IMG/VR virus record: IMGVR_UViG_3300021962_000141
Coordinates: 1 to 54,113 of that record
Source: a virus
Taxonomy: Duplodnaviria > Caudoviricetes
DNA length: 54,113 nucleotides
Reading direction: 5' to 3' (one strand)
The position numbers and the translations under genes are program-made. Shown piece by piece: positions 1-9,020 of the stretch (its first letter is position 1; each line of letters opens with the position of its first letter). The notes beneath the pieces are model-generated. The model saw only the letters and a program-made list of their open reading frames with translations, was not told the DNA's origin and did not search any database.

Positions 1-64
1 CAAGACCTTCAATACTCTTGGTGAGGCTTTTTCTAAACTTTGAAATATCAAATGCTTTTGTCAT
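1..64 (-). CDS. uvsX: RecA-like recombinase UvsX, N-terminal fragment (runs off window start)
   Basis: Read by hand: ATG at 64 gives MTKAFDISKFRKSLTKSIEGL; SD GAGGA at 75-79; directly downstream of gp32; N-terminus resembles my recollection of UvsX in this type of phage. Only 21 codons are visible. Confidence 0.65.
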   Translation of the reverse strand, partial: MTKAFDISKFRKSLTKSIEGL

Positions 65-92
65 TACTTTTTAGTCCTCACAGAAATGGAAT

Positions 93-111
93 GGAGGGGA
101 TGAACCCCTCC
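93..111 (-). terminator. GC-rich stem-loop between gp32 and uvsX (weak terminator or RNA stability hairpin)
   Basis: GGAGGGG-N5-CCCCTCC; poor U-tract on the minus strand. Confidence 0.5.
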
Positions 112-120
112 TATCGTTTT

Positions 121-1092
121 TTATTGGCTTTGGCGTGAGCGGATCATCGCTAGGATGTCTTGTGCTCTGCTGTTGCTGTCACCACTTGAAGCTGGTGCTG
201 CTGGTGCTGCCGTTGCCTTTGGTGCCGGTGCTGCTGCTGGTTCGTCATCCTCACTTGAGGCAAGGTCATCATTACGACGAGCTACAGGATCGCCTGTTGC
301 TTGACTCATACCTGCTGGTTTGAAATACTGGCCCCAACGATCCATGTCATAGGCTTCTCCGTCAACAGATGCTTCAAACATCTCTTTGATAACTTTGAGT
401 TCTACGTCTGTGGGTTTCTTTGGTAGGAAGTCTTTTAGATTGAAAAGACCATGTGCTTCAACTGCGGCACGTTCTTCATCGCCAAGAGCACGTTCAACAC
501 GACTCCATTTAGATGTAGAATAATCCGCATAGCCACCTTTGCTAGTTTTAGCAATTCTGAAATCAACACCATGTGAGAAATCAGTTGGCAGTTCGTTGAG
601 TTCCGGATCCATCAACGCACTCTTGATGATCTGATAGATCTGAGGTCCGATGATAAATCTACGGATTGGATTTTCTGGAGTTGTATCTTCTGCGATAGGA
701 TTCTTAACAACGAAGCCTTGGAAAATGTATGAACGCTTTTTCCAATACTTACGGCCCATGTCTTCAAGACTCTTGTCTTTGAACCAACCACGTACTTCGC
801 TTAGGATAGGGCAGGTTTCGTTCCACATTTCCATACAAGGTACTTGTACTTGTACTGGTTTACTACTAGTATCACCTTTGATTCCAGCGAATGGCAATTT
901 GATCATTGCTCGTTCAATCCAGAAAAAAGTGTTAGATGAGTCGCCATCGGGCAAGAAACGAATAGTTGCTTCTTTACCTTCTGCCATGTTCCAGTGTGGA
1001 TAGATTGCGTTGTCGCCGCCGCCTGTTGAACCGCCGCCTTGGCGTGATTGTGCTTCTTGAAGTTTCGCACGGATTTCTGCTAATGTTGCCAT
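121..1092 (-). CDS. gp32: T4 gp32-like single-stranded DNA-binding protein
   Basis: MATLAEIRAKL start, IRFLPD, C-x7-CP, YWKKRSY, DFRIAKTSKGGYADYSTSKW motifs; acidic/Ala-rich tail; SD AAGGAGG. Confidence 0.93.
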   Translation of the reverse strand: MATLAEIRAKLQEAQSRQGGGSTGGGDNAIYPHWNMAEGKEATIRFLPDGDSSNTFFWIERAMIKLPFAGIKGDTSSKPVQVQVPCMEMWNETCPILSEVRGWFKDKSLEDMGRKYWKKRSYIFQGFVVKNPIAEDTTPENPIRRFIIGPQIYQIIKSALMDPELNELPTDFSHGVDFRIAKTSKGGYADYSTSKWSRVERALGDEERAAVEAHGLFNLKDFLPKKPTDVELKVIKEMFEASVDGEAYDMDRWGQYFKPAGMSQATGDPVARRNDDLASSEDDEPAAAPAPKATAAPAAPASSGDSNSRAQDILAMIRSRQSQ

Positions 1093-1145
1093 TTTAAATT
1101 GCCTCCTTTAATATGCCTTAAAATGTATGCCTTACGCATATTGTT

Positions 1146-1174
1146 ATTATGCGTGATTTATTTAGTAAAAGCAA
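1146..1174 (-). promoter_or_regulatory. sigma70-like promoter with nested TAAATA late element upstream of gp32
   Basis: TTGCTT(1169-1174)-N17-CATAAT(1146-1151); TAAATA at 1159-1164 inside the spacer. Confidence 0.6.
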
Positions 1175-1199
1175 GATATTTCTGAAATATTTTTTCGCC

Positions 1200-1232
1200 A
1201 AAAGAAAAGGCCCTAATTTAGGACCCTTTCTT
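1200..1232 (-). terminator. Rho-independent terminator
   Basis: Minus strand AAAGGGTCCTAAATTAGGGCCTTTTCTTTT: stem with G-U pairs plus U-tract, just after the 64-aa gene. Confidence 0.75.
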
Positions 1233-1241
1233 ACACACAGA

Positions 1242-1436
1242 TTATTTCTTAGCTGCGTCTTTCTTTTTGTCCTCTTTCTTAGCAGGAGCAGTTGGTTCTG
1301 CTTTAGCATTTGTAGGTTTAGAAGCGTTAGGTGCTACTGTCTTTACATCCTTGTCCGTTTCTTTCTTAGCAGGTGCTTGAGCAAATGCTGTGGTGGCTGC
1401 GAAAAGGGCAGCAGTTAATACTACGATCGATTTCAT
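1242..1436 (-). CDS. Small secreted Lys/Ala/Pro-rich protein (64 aa)
   Basis: Sec signal MKSIVVLTAALFAATTAFA followed by low-complexity APAKK repeats; SD GGAG; terminators on both sides. Confidence 0.8.
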   Translation of the reverse strand: MKSIVVLTAALFAATTAFAQAPAKKETDKDVKTVAPNASKPTNAKAEPTAPAKKEDKKKDAAKK

Positions 1437-1536
1437 ATAAAAATCTCCATTTTGTTATATTGCTGAAATAATCAGCAACTGTATATATTAACGCTGATAA
1501 CTCGTGGTAGACAATCATGGATCGATAAGATTGGTC

Positions 1537-1560
1537 AAGAGAAAGGGCACCGAAGTGCCC
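1537..1560 (-). terminator. Rho-independent terminator with cUUCGg tetraloop
   Basis: GGGCAC-TTCG-GTGCCC-TTTCTCTT on the minus strand. Confidence 0.85.
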
Positions 1561-1581
1561 AATTTGCCTATTAAGCGATTA

Positions 1582-3720
1582 TTATAGTCCTGATAGTTCT
1601 TTGATACGTGCTAGTTCACTTACCTGAGGAACCTGTGTGTTTTGATTCGGAGCCATACGCTCTACAAATTGACGAGCTACTGATTCGGCCTTTGGTCCGA
1701 ACTTTTTACCCACCATCGTACACATTGCTTCTGGACCTTTAGGGAATGTCTGTTGTGCTGGATCATATCCGCTGAACATAAATTCAGCTACTTCTTGAAC
1801 ATTCACGGATTCTTCTTGGCCAGAGCGTTTGCGGAAGTCTCTAGCGTGCCTGTCGTCATGCTTGTCAGTGTCTGGTAAACGATATTTGTCTGTGCCTTTT
1901 CCTCTCATACTAGGAGGTAAATCGTAGTCATCTTGTTTATCATATTCTGGGTGATTAGGATCGTTGGCTTCGTATTCGTTACCAAAATCTCCATAGTCTT
2001 CGTCTGAACCATGACCTGCTGATGCTAGAGCATAACTATCATCAGTTTCTCCGCCTTCGTCCTCATCGCCACCTTGGGCAAGTTCTTTGAACTCGTATTC
2101 GATATCTTCAATATAAGAATCCATGTTACGAAGTTCGCCGCCGTCTTGATCACCATAAGCATACCATACTACTTCGGTAGCACCGTCCCAGTCGCCTTGT
2201 TTTAATAATTCAACAATCTTGTTTTGATCTGGATCGCCATAACCGCCAATTTCGTTCATTTGTTCGTCAAACTTTCTTAGAATTTCTGCAACCTTTGATT
2301 CTAAAGAGTCAGCTTCTTCTTGAACTTCTTCTTGAGCAGGCATATCCATATCACCAAAATCTAATTCTCCAACTACGTCAGGAGCATTATTTTCTAACCA
2401 TTGATATACTAGTGGACGTACACAAGTATCAGCATCTTCTTTGGCTGCTGATTTGATTTCCTGTGCTAGTCTTGGATCGTCAATGATGCCTTTAAGGCTG
2501 CTGATAGCATTCTGTCCATCTACACCTGCTGGGAAATGTTCACCAACTAATGATTGAAGCTTGTCAACAGCCGCTGCCTTTTCATCTTCGTCTTGACTGG
2601 TAATAGCGTTGTCTTCGCCTAGATTCATAGCCCATGCTTCAAATTTTGTAAATGGATCGTTAAACTCTTCTGTTGTTTCTAGGTCAAGTTCTACTTCTTC
2701 GTTGGTTGGTTGGGTCATTGCGACTATGTCGTCATAATGTATATCTTCTTTGGTCTGCATCAGGCTATAGATAATAGGAAATGCGGCCTTGATGTCTTCT
2801 TTAAAATTCTTTACTGTAAACTTGTTAGTTAGGTCTTCGATAAATTCTTCCGGAACTTCGGAAATTTGTTCTGCCTGGAACTGAGATTTAAATTGTTCGT
2901 AGTGAGATTTTTTAGCAAGTTTCTTAACAGTTTCTCTTAGATTGTCTAGAGTGTCTTGGGCACGTGAAACGATATCATTAGTTTCGGAGTTCATAAGATC
3001 GTTACGTACTACATAATTTCCAAAATTCTTTAGGTGTGCGATTTTTTCACTGATCCCGATGATGTGCTTGCCGATATCATCGTAAGGCATGCCACCTTCT
3101 TGTACGTGTCTCTGCATAGCACGAGCGCCTGCTAGGTGGATGAACGGATATTTGAATCTCTCTCCGTCGCCGTTTTCGATGAACATAGCACCAATATTTC
3201 TAGTTCTAGCACCTGGGCTGGTTTCATCTACTTGATGATTATGTTTAATAATCAATCTAGTGTTTTCCAGTTTTTGGTAACTGGTTTTATTAGTACCGTA
3301 CATTCCTTCTTTCATAATTCCCTCTCCGACGGGCGTGTTAGTCGCGTATTGACTTAAGAAACTGAAGTCTCTTTGGTCTAGATTATCTTTAGTAATATCA
3401 CGTGTGTCAAAACTCATCAATCTACGTTTGGCGAATTCTCTAAGTCCTCTTAGGAAATCGTACCACGAATCTTTTTGTACAGCATCCATATTCTCAGTAA
3501 TGCCTGTACTATAATAGACTTTCATGTTTCCGGGTTCTGCTAGGCTGATGCTAACATGTCCTACAGGCTTTTCGCCTTCCATGTAGTCAAAATCGAAGAA
3601 GACAGCTTCTTCTGGATTGATGGTTACTTCACCAAGATCTGAACCTAATTTTAGGCCAGAAAAGCGGCTTCTTATTTTATAAAAAAGGTCAGTGCTTACA
3701 CTTTTGATATTATCTTCCAT
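1582..3720 (-). CDS. Acidic 712-aa hypothetical protein, probable head/internal virion protein
   Basis: Long ORF after a late promoter; very acidic C-terminal half; ends in amphipathic ELARIKELSGL; function inferred. Confidence 0.7.
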   Translation of the reverse strand: MEDNIKSVSTDLFYKIRSRFSGLKLGSDLGEVTINPEEAVFFDFDYMEGEKPVGHVSISLAEPGNMKVYYSTGITENMDAVQKDSWYDFLRGLREFAKRRLMSFDTRDITKDNLDQRDFSFLSQYATNTPVGEGIMKEGMYGTNKTSYQKLENTRLIIKHNHQVDETSPGARTRNIGAMFIENGDGERFKYPFIHLAGARAMQRHVQEGGMPYDDIGKHIIGISEKIAHLKNFGNYVVRNDLMNSETNDIVSRAQDTLDNLRETVKKLAKKSHYEQFKSQFQAEQISEVPEEFIEDLTNKFTVKNFKEDIKAAFPIIYSLMQTKEDIHYDDIVAMTQPTNEEVELDLETTEEFNDPFTKFEAWAMNLGEDNAITSQDEDEKAAAVDKLQSLVGEHFPAGVDGQNAISSLKGIIDDPRLAQEIKSAAKEDADTCVRPLVYQWLENNAPDVVGELDFGDMDMPAQEEVQEEADSLESKVAEILRKFDEQMNEIGGYGDPDQNKIVELLKQGDWDGATEVVWYAYGDQDGGELRNMDSYIEDIEYEFKELAQGGDEDEGGETDDSYALASAGHGSDEDYGDFGNEYEANDPNHPEYDKQDDYDLPPSMRGKGTDKYRLPDTDKHDDRHARDFRKRSGQEESVNVQEVAEFMFSGYDPAQQTFPKGPEAMCTMVGKKFGPKAESVARQFVERMAPNQNTQVPQVSELARIKELSGL

Positions 3721-3725
3721 GTTTA

Positions 3726-3731
3726 TATTTA
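3726..3731 (-). promoter_or_regulatory. T4-like late promoter, leaderless arrangement
   Basis: TAAATA-TAAAC-ATG, no SD. Confidence 0.7.
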
Positions 3732-3733
3732 TC

Positions 3734-5320
3734 TTAATATATAGAACTTACATAAATGGGCATAGGTAGCTGATCTTCTGATAGACGTTCTGTCATTTTT
3801 TCGTAGATCTGTGGATCCCAATCGGATAAAACTGCGGCCATGCGTATAACTAACAAAGTAGCTGAAACTAGGTCGTCGTGTTCTCCGGTTTTTGCCCCAA
3901 AACCTACACCATGGGCTACGAATGTTTTTAATTCTGAAATTAGAGGTTTGCTGTATATTTTCATCTTGTAGGTTTCCAGCATATTTTTTAACTGACTGCA
4001 AGCAGTGACTTTGGTTCGATGGGTGGTGTTAAATCCTTTGCGGAATTTTCGAACATGCCCTTTACGTATCGGTTCGCTTAAGAAAAGTCCGGGGAAGTTT
4101 TCTTCGCCAATATCTCGTATTACGATCAGTGCTGCTTCTCCCAGCGTGTTATTTTCTACGCTGTAATATATCTGCGGCTGTCCGCCTAGTTCCTGGGCGC
4201 GGTCCTGAATATATTTTAAGATTTCTCTCATATGCTTGACCTGCGACTGTATAGGTGTAAGATTGTGTCGCCATTCTGCTACCTGCTCCATAGATGGCAT
4301 TTCATAAACTTGTATAGCACCGTAGTCGCCGCCTGTGCCTAGGCTAGGGTCTAAGGCCACAAGATATGTAGCATGGGGGTTGATTTCTTTGTACCAACGG
4401 GTCTGTCCCATAGTCATTTTAGGTTCAACACCTTTAAGTTCTGCTAATTTTACTGCGTTGATTAGAGTTTCATCAAAAATCAAGAATTCGCAATCGAACT
4501 CACGACGGAAACGCTCGTCACCGATTTTAGCACGTTCTACTTTAGCCCACTCTTCGTCGCGATCCGGATGTTCTGCCCAGTGGGCGAAGTATGAACAAAA
4601 TCCGTTAGCACCTAATTTTTGTTCATTACCAAATTCGTCGAATTTTTTATTAGCTTCTGTCCAGATCAACGCAAACTGATCTTCGTCTGAGTTTGGTGTT
4701 GAAGTGATAATACATTTACCGCCGGTGGACAGTGTAGGTGATAAGGCAGTCCAGAATTCTTTGGCTTTCTCTGGCGGCTGAACGAACGCAAACTCGTCAC
4801 AGTAAATCAAGGATAGCGATTTACCACGACCTGTGTTTTCAGTAGTTGTGGTTGCTTGGATACGAGCACCGTTATCGTATTCAATAGTATTCCTGTTATA
4901 AGAATATACACCAGCACGGATAAAATCAGGTAAATTTTCATAACCATAGCGATAACGATTCATGATGTCCTGAGCACCTTCGTATTTGTGTGCTGCGATC
5001 AGCACCTGTGCTTCTGGAACGAACATCGTATACCATAATAGATAACCTGTGGCACAGGTAGTCTTGCCCATCTGGCGTGGTAACATGGCGATACACTGTT
5101 TGTTTTCATGATAGGCCTGTATCAGCCTTTCTTGATATTCGTAAGGTTCAAACGGAATCGATCCTCGTACCGGATGTTGTATCTTTAAAAAGTTTCTACA
5201 GAAGTACAAAGGCCCTGTTACAGGATCCATACATGCTTCTAGATGTTTGACTTCTTCGAGCGTGTATTTGATCTGAGCATGGGCTTTCTTGATCAGATTA
5301 CCGTCTAATGATTTTGCCAT
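3734..5320 (-). CDS. gp17: Terminase large subunit
   Basis: PYEYQ adenine-binding motif, PRQMGKT Walker A, LIYCDEFAF Walker B, ITSTPN motif III, LDPSLG and HDDLV nuclease motifs. Confidence 0.97.
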   Translation of the reverse strand: MAKSLDGNLIKKAHAQIKYTLEEVKHLEACMDPVTGPLYFCRNFLKIQHPVRGSIPFEPYEYQERLIQAYHENKQCIAMLPRQMGKTTCATGYLLWYTMFVPEAQVLIAAHKYEGAQDIMNRYRYGYENLPDFIRAGVYSYNRNTIEYDNGARIQATTTTENTGRGKSLSLIYCDEFAFVQPPEKAKEFWTALSPTLSTGGKCIITSTPNSDEDQFALIWTEANKKFDEFGNEQKLGANGFCSYFAHWAEHPDRDEEWAKVERAKIGDERFRREFDCEFLIFDETLINAVKLAELKGVEPKMTMGQTRWYKEINPHATYLVALDPSLGTGGDYGAIQVYEMPSMEQVAEWRHNLTPIQSQVKHMREILKYIQDRAQELGGQPQIYYSVENNTLGEAALIVIRDIGEENFPGLFLSEPIRKGHVRKFRKGFNTTHRTKVTACSQLKNMLETYKMKIYSKPLISELKTFVAHGVGFGAKTGEHDDLVSATLLVIRMAAVLSDWDPQIYEKMTERLSEDQLPMPIYVSSIY

Positions 5321-5325
5321 ACATT

Positions 5326-5331
5326 TATTTA
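5326..5331 (-). promoter_or_regulatory. T4-like late promoter, leaderless arrangement
   Basis: TAAATA-AATGT-ATG, immediately after a terminator, no SD. Confidence 0.7.
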
Positions 5332-5334
5332 ATG

Positions 5335-5362
5335 AAAAAAATAGGCTCCGAAGAGCCTATTT
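5335..5362 (-). terminator. Rho-independent terminator with cUUCGg tetraloop
   Basis: AAATAGGCTC-TTCG-GAGCCTATTTTTTT on the minus strand. Confidence 0.9.
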
Positions 5363-5377
5363 GGATTTTCTAAACGA

Positions 5378-5935
5378 TTACTTTGCTTTGATTTCTGCTA
5401 GTAATGCTTCTAATTGTGCTTTAATGCTTTCCACAGCCATAGGATTGTCGCCTAATTGTGTAGCAGGATATTGGCTCTTTTTACGATTTAGATCGTCGCC
5501 GTTCGGGATCGCAGCACTGACGGGTTTGATTTCTGGATCACTGCCACCGTCTGGTGTATTAGCAAATGACTCTTCTTCAGAATCTACTTTTGACATAGGA
5601 TCATCTGTAGGATCAATATCGTTGTCTGCCATAGCAGAAGGTGCTTTTGGTAGTAGCTTATCTCTAAGAGAAGCCATCGATGGTTCTGGTTTCAACATCG
5701 GCAATGTTGGCTCACTGGTATCGCTGCCTGGGGTCATGCTAGGATTGACCTTATTGATCAACTTCATCAATGATTCGATATTGTCTAATCCCTGAGCATT
5801 TAAATTGATGCTCATTGATGGCGGTGCTGTAGGTGTAGGAGTAGCAGCGGGTGTTGACATGGGCATGCCACACTCCTCTGATACCTCGCTGGCTTCCAGC
5901 TCGGCCATCTTTTCTAGTATAGCTTTAAAATCCAT
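5378..5935 (-). CDS. Hypothetical acidic, largely disordered protein (possible internal head protein)
   Basis: 185-aa ORF with amphipathic helices at both ends; SD GGAG; co-oriented with neighbours. Confidence 0.7.
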   Translation of the reverse strand: MDFKAILEKMAELEASEVSEECGMPMSTPAATPTPTAPPSMSINLNAQGLDNIESLMKLINKVNPSMTPGSDTSEPTLPMLKPEPSMASLRDKLLPKAPSAMADNDIDPTDDPMSKVDSEEESFANTPDGGSDPEIKPVSAAIPNGDDLNRKKSQYPATQLGDNPMAVESIKAQLEALLAEIKAK

Positions 5936-5936
5936 A

Positions 5937-6500
5937 TTAACTCCCTAGGGCACTTTTAGTGCCTGCTTTGTCTTGTTTAGGTGCTTTGGGCATTTTATAT
6001 TCGCCCTGATTTGTTTCTTTTACTCGATCCTTGCTAGCTTTAGCAAGATCTTTTAGGAACGATGCTGTAAATTCGTTACCAAAATTTTCTTTATGTTTGA
6101 TCTTTTCGCTGTCTTTGAGTTCGCTGTCATTTAACAGAGCTTTACCTGTAGGTTCGTCTGCGGGTTCTGCTTGTTCGAATGGATCATTAACATTTCTTAC
6201 ACGTAGGTGTGTGTTAGAAACGCCTGTAGATTCGTGTACATCAACCTGTACCTGTTGCGGAGTCACTGGATATGAGCATTCACACTCAAACACTGTTACT
6301 TCAACATTGGTAAGATCTAGGAATTCTAGAGCTGTTTTTTGTATAGGTGTAGTAGCTACTTTTTCAAATTTTCCGCAGCCGTATTTGCCCATCTTAGATT
6401 TGGCTTTTTCTTCAAACCCTTCGGGCAATGGACCAGCGACCTTAATACGGAAACCGTAGGTTTTTTTACTTTCGGATAGATATTCTTTGAATGTTTTCAT
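5937..6500 (-). CDS. Hypothetical protein with capsid-targeting-like N-terminus
   Basis: MKTFKEYLSES resembles the T4 internal-protein capsid targeting sequence; late promoter 5 nt upstream. Confidence 0.7.
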   Translation of the reverse strand: MKTFKEYLSESKKTYGFRIKVAGPLPEGFEEKAKSKMGKYGCGKFEKVATTPIQKTALEFLDLTNVEVTVFECECSYPVTPQQVQVDVHESTGVSNTHLRVRNVNDPFEQAEPADEPTGKALLNDSELKDSEKIKHKENFGNEFTASFLKDLAKASKDRVKETNQGEYKMPKAPKQDKAGTKSALGS

Positions 6501-6505
6501 ATCAG

Positions 6506-6511
6506 TATTTA
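6506..6511 (-). promoter_or_regulatory. T4-like late promoter overlapping upstream TAA stop, leaderless arrangement
   Basis: TAAATA-CTGAT-ATG. Confidence 0.65.
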
Positions 6512-6991
6512 TTCCTTTCCTTGGAGTTTCTTCAAGAGCTCATTGCGATCAGTGATCACAAATGCCTGACCGCTTAACATACTGTTAGCGTCATCATCTC
6601 CAGCATCTTTGTCGATTTTTAACTTTTTAAGTTTAGCGTCTATGGCTTTTAACTTTTTATCAATTTTAGCAGATTTGGCATCTATAGCGTTTCTTAGCAT
6701 AGTACCAGCTACTTCAAAAATACGTCCGCTGTAGCGTACTTCTACGTTCATGCCTAGATCCATTAGATCGTCATAGGCGTCTTCGGCTTTTTTCGCTAGT
6801 GCGTCAAGCTCATTTTCCCCTAGTGTATCTAGATCAGCTATATCTGGTAATCTACCAGCGATAGCATCAACTTCTCTATAACTTCTTTCGAGATCTCGGA
6901 CTTCATCTTTGGATTCTTCGATAACAGGGATCTTAGCTTCAACAGCCTTTGAATCTTCTAGATTGAATAATTCTTCAAGTTTTTTAGTCAT
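6509..6991 (-). CDS. Probable terminase small subunit (gp16-like)
   Basis: Helical 160-aa protein; GRIFEVAGTML resembles the gp16 PRAxEV core; C-terminal ITDRNELLKKL; near gp17; preceded by TAAGTA-N4-ATG. Confidence 0.55.
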   Translation of the reverse strand: MTKKLEELFNLEDSKAVEAKIPVIEESKDEVRDLERSYREVDAIAGRLPDIADLDTLGENELDALAKKAEDAYDDLMDLGMNVEVRYSGRIFEVAGTMLRNAIDAKSAKIDKKLKAIDAKLKKLKIDKDAGDDDANSMLSGQAFVITDRNELLKKLQGKE

Positions 6992-6998
6992 ACAATAC

Positions 6999-7439
6999 TT
7001 ATCTACGTTTTGAGCCTTTGTGGAAAATATCTTCTTCGTTGACTACTCTAAATCGGATCCCCTGCTGTTTACACCAAGCAGTGGCAGCTTCCCACTTGGC
7101 TAGATTTTTCACATACTGTTCTTGGTTATATCTGCTTTTTCCGACTTTTTCTAGAAAGGTATGATTGCTGGGTTTAACTTCAACTACTTCAGCGTGTTTC
7201 TTTCCGGACTTGTCATTGTAGACTATAAAAAAATCAGGAACGTATATGGTATACTTTCCTGTTAACGGATCTCTATAGGGTATCTGTATGCTTTCGCTGG
7301 CCCAATTCTGTACTCCTGGATGTTCATCAAGCATCCTCATAAAAACAAATTCCCAACTACTTCTAGCCAATGGTGTTTTCTTCCCGATGTATTTGTCGGG
7401 ATTTTTCATCTCGAATTTTCCCTGGGCAAATCTAACCAT
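6999..7439 (-). CDS. gp4: Head completion nuclease, T4 gp4-like (TnsA-type PD-(D/E)xK)
   Basis: RSSWE, WASE-x2-IPY, YVPDFFI, EVKP, NLAKWEAA motifs. Confidence 0.9.
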   Translation of the reverse strand: MVRFAQGKFEMKNPDKYIGKKTPLARSSWEFVFMRMLDEHPGVQNWASESIQIPYRDPLTGKYTIYVPDFFIVYNDKSGKKHAEVVEVKPSNHTFLEKVGKSRYNQEQYVKNLAKWEAATAWCKQQGIRFRVVNEEDIFHKGSKRR

Positions 7440-7816
7440 TATGCTCTGATGTTTCTTAGTTTAATCTGATTAGCCGTTGATGAGGACCGATATCCTAATC
7501 TCGAAGTCTGTGATCTGTTTTGATTTAATATTTCAGCTACAAGAGCAGATAACTGTAAATTTTGTAATGATCCTAAAGTCTCTAATAAGGTCAGTGCCGA
7601 TATTCCATCTCTCTTGGCCTGCTGAAGTAACACCATGCCACTAACTGTAGCGGCTTCTAGGGCAAATCCTCTTTTTGTCAAAAAACCGACAGTAGCATCA
7701 ACATCGGCGCTAAGATATTCTTCACCTGTTTCTCTGTAATTGTTTAGATAGACCTTAGTTCTATCTGCACTGTCAGTAGACTGTGTCGGCGGCAAATTAG
7801 TTAAAATATCATTCAT
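7439..7816 (-). CDS. Hypothetical protein
   Basis: 125-aa ORF tightly packed between neighbours, stop overlaps gp4 start. Confidence 0.7.
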   Translation of the reverse strand: MNDILTNLPPTQSTDSADRTKVYLNNYRETGEEYLSADVDATVGFLTKRGFALEAATVSGMVLLQQAKRDGISALTLLETLGSLQNLQLSALVAEILNQNRSQTSRLGYRSSSTANQIKLRNIRA

Positions 7817-7819
7817 AAT

Positions 7820-9004
7820 TTAATCTAGGCGGGTGGGATTATTAAATCGTTCAAACCCGAGTGGTAGAGCTTCCTTTGTTGGGAATCGAGTAGCCGGTGG
7901 AGCATTAGATGCGCCAAAAGACACTCCTGGTATTCCGCTGGTCACATTTTGAATTCCCTGCGGTGTTAATAGAATATTTGTAGCTTCTGCTATAAGATTT
8001 TGTGGAGTTAGGCTGCGTAAACTTTTATAAAAATTAACTGCTTTTACAGCATTGGCTAATGTAAACAAGTTGCCGCCACCAACTTCACCTTGAACGTTTC
8101 GATCACCGTAAATGCTTTTAGCATTATCAATAATTCCACTGGAAAAATTAAAAAGACCGCCAGGACCAAACACACTGGTTAATGTTCCTCCCCCGATGGT
8201 CAGCGGACTAGGTACAGCATCATAATATAAATCTCCGAAACCTCGTGGAACATTTCCTCTAACTATAGAGCCAGTACCATAAAAAACTGTTTCATAAGCA
8301 ATGTTCATAGTCGATTCTATAGTGCCGTTATTAGACGATTGATCAACATTACCGTGATTCCAACTTAAAATATGTGGATTTATTAATGAGTAAGAATTAA
8401 ATTTCTTTCGGCTTAATGTAAAAAGAGTAATAGAGCTAAAAAAAGGCCCAGAAAATGCCTGAACACCGGCCTTACTTTTGTCAACATCCAGACCATACCG
8501 ATAACTTTCCACTTTCGATTCTTTACCGTCGAGAGGCGTGACTGTCTTATCGTACAGATTATTCCCACTGTGCCTCCATGCTTCCGCGACGCCATCTCTT
8601 TCGGAGGAATAATATGACAGGTATTGAGCCCATAACGCATTAATGATTCCTAAATTATCATCATGGAACACAAGATTTAGTGGTTCATATTTTATATCTT
8701 TATAGACTATTCTTTTTCTATTATATTCATTTTTTACGTCGTGTTCAAATGTTACTTTAGGCAAATCAGCTTGCTTGACTAACATATTGATTGCTGGGCC
8801 ATGTTTTCTAGCAAAGTCACTAATAGCAAGGGCCGGCGTGTTTATATTAAATTGAACGTGATAAAGGAATTTCGTTCTAGGGGCGCGAGAAAACTGATTA
8901 TCGAGATATAATCTAGCCGCGTGTCTAAAATCACCTAAGTTGCCTTTGGGATTACTAATGCCTTGCCCGGCACCTTGAAGGAATCGTGTAAATTGGTCTG
9001 CCAT
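7820..9004 (-). CDS. Tail-tube-fold protein (gp48/gp54-like tube initiator or cap)
   Basis: VKQADLPKV...YNRKR...YEPLNLVFHDD parallels the gp19 motif in the adjacent gene; has a C-terminal extension. Confidence 0.6.
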   Translation of the reverse strand: MADQFTRFLQGAGQGISNPKGNLGDFRHAARLYLDNQFSRAPRTKFLYHVQFNINTPALAISDFARKHGPAINMLVKQADLPKVTFEHDVKNEYNRKRIVYKDIKYEPLNLVFHDDNLGIINALWAQYLSYYSSERDGVAEAWRHSGNNLYDKTVTPLDGKESKVESYRYGLDVDKSKAGVQAFSGPFFSSITLFTLSRKKFNSYSLINPHILSWNHGNVDQSSNNGTIESTMNIAYETVFYGTGSIVRGNVPRGFGDLYYDAVPSPLTIGGGTLTSVFGPGGLFNFSSGIIDNAKSIYGDRNVQGEVGGGNLFTLANAVKAVNFYKSLRSLTPQNLIAEATNILLTPQGIQNVTSGIPGVSFGASNAPPATRFPTKEALPLGFERFNNPTRLD

Positions 9005-9009
9005 AATAT

Positions 9010-9015
9010 TATTTA
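9010..9015 (-). promoter_or_regulatory. T4-like late promoter, leaderless arrangement
   Basis: TAAATA-ATATT-ATG, right after a terminator. Confidence 0.7.
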
Positions 9016-9020
9016 GTGAT

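Noticed and set aside
1480-1530. ECF-sigma promoter (CGTTA) for the secreted miniprotein
   Set aside because: No convincing -35 element at the proper spacing; single occurrence.
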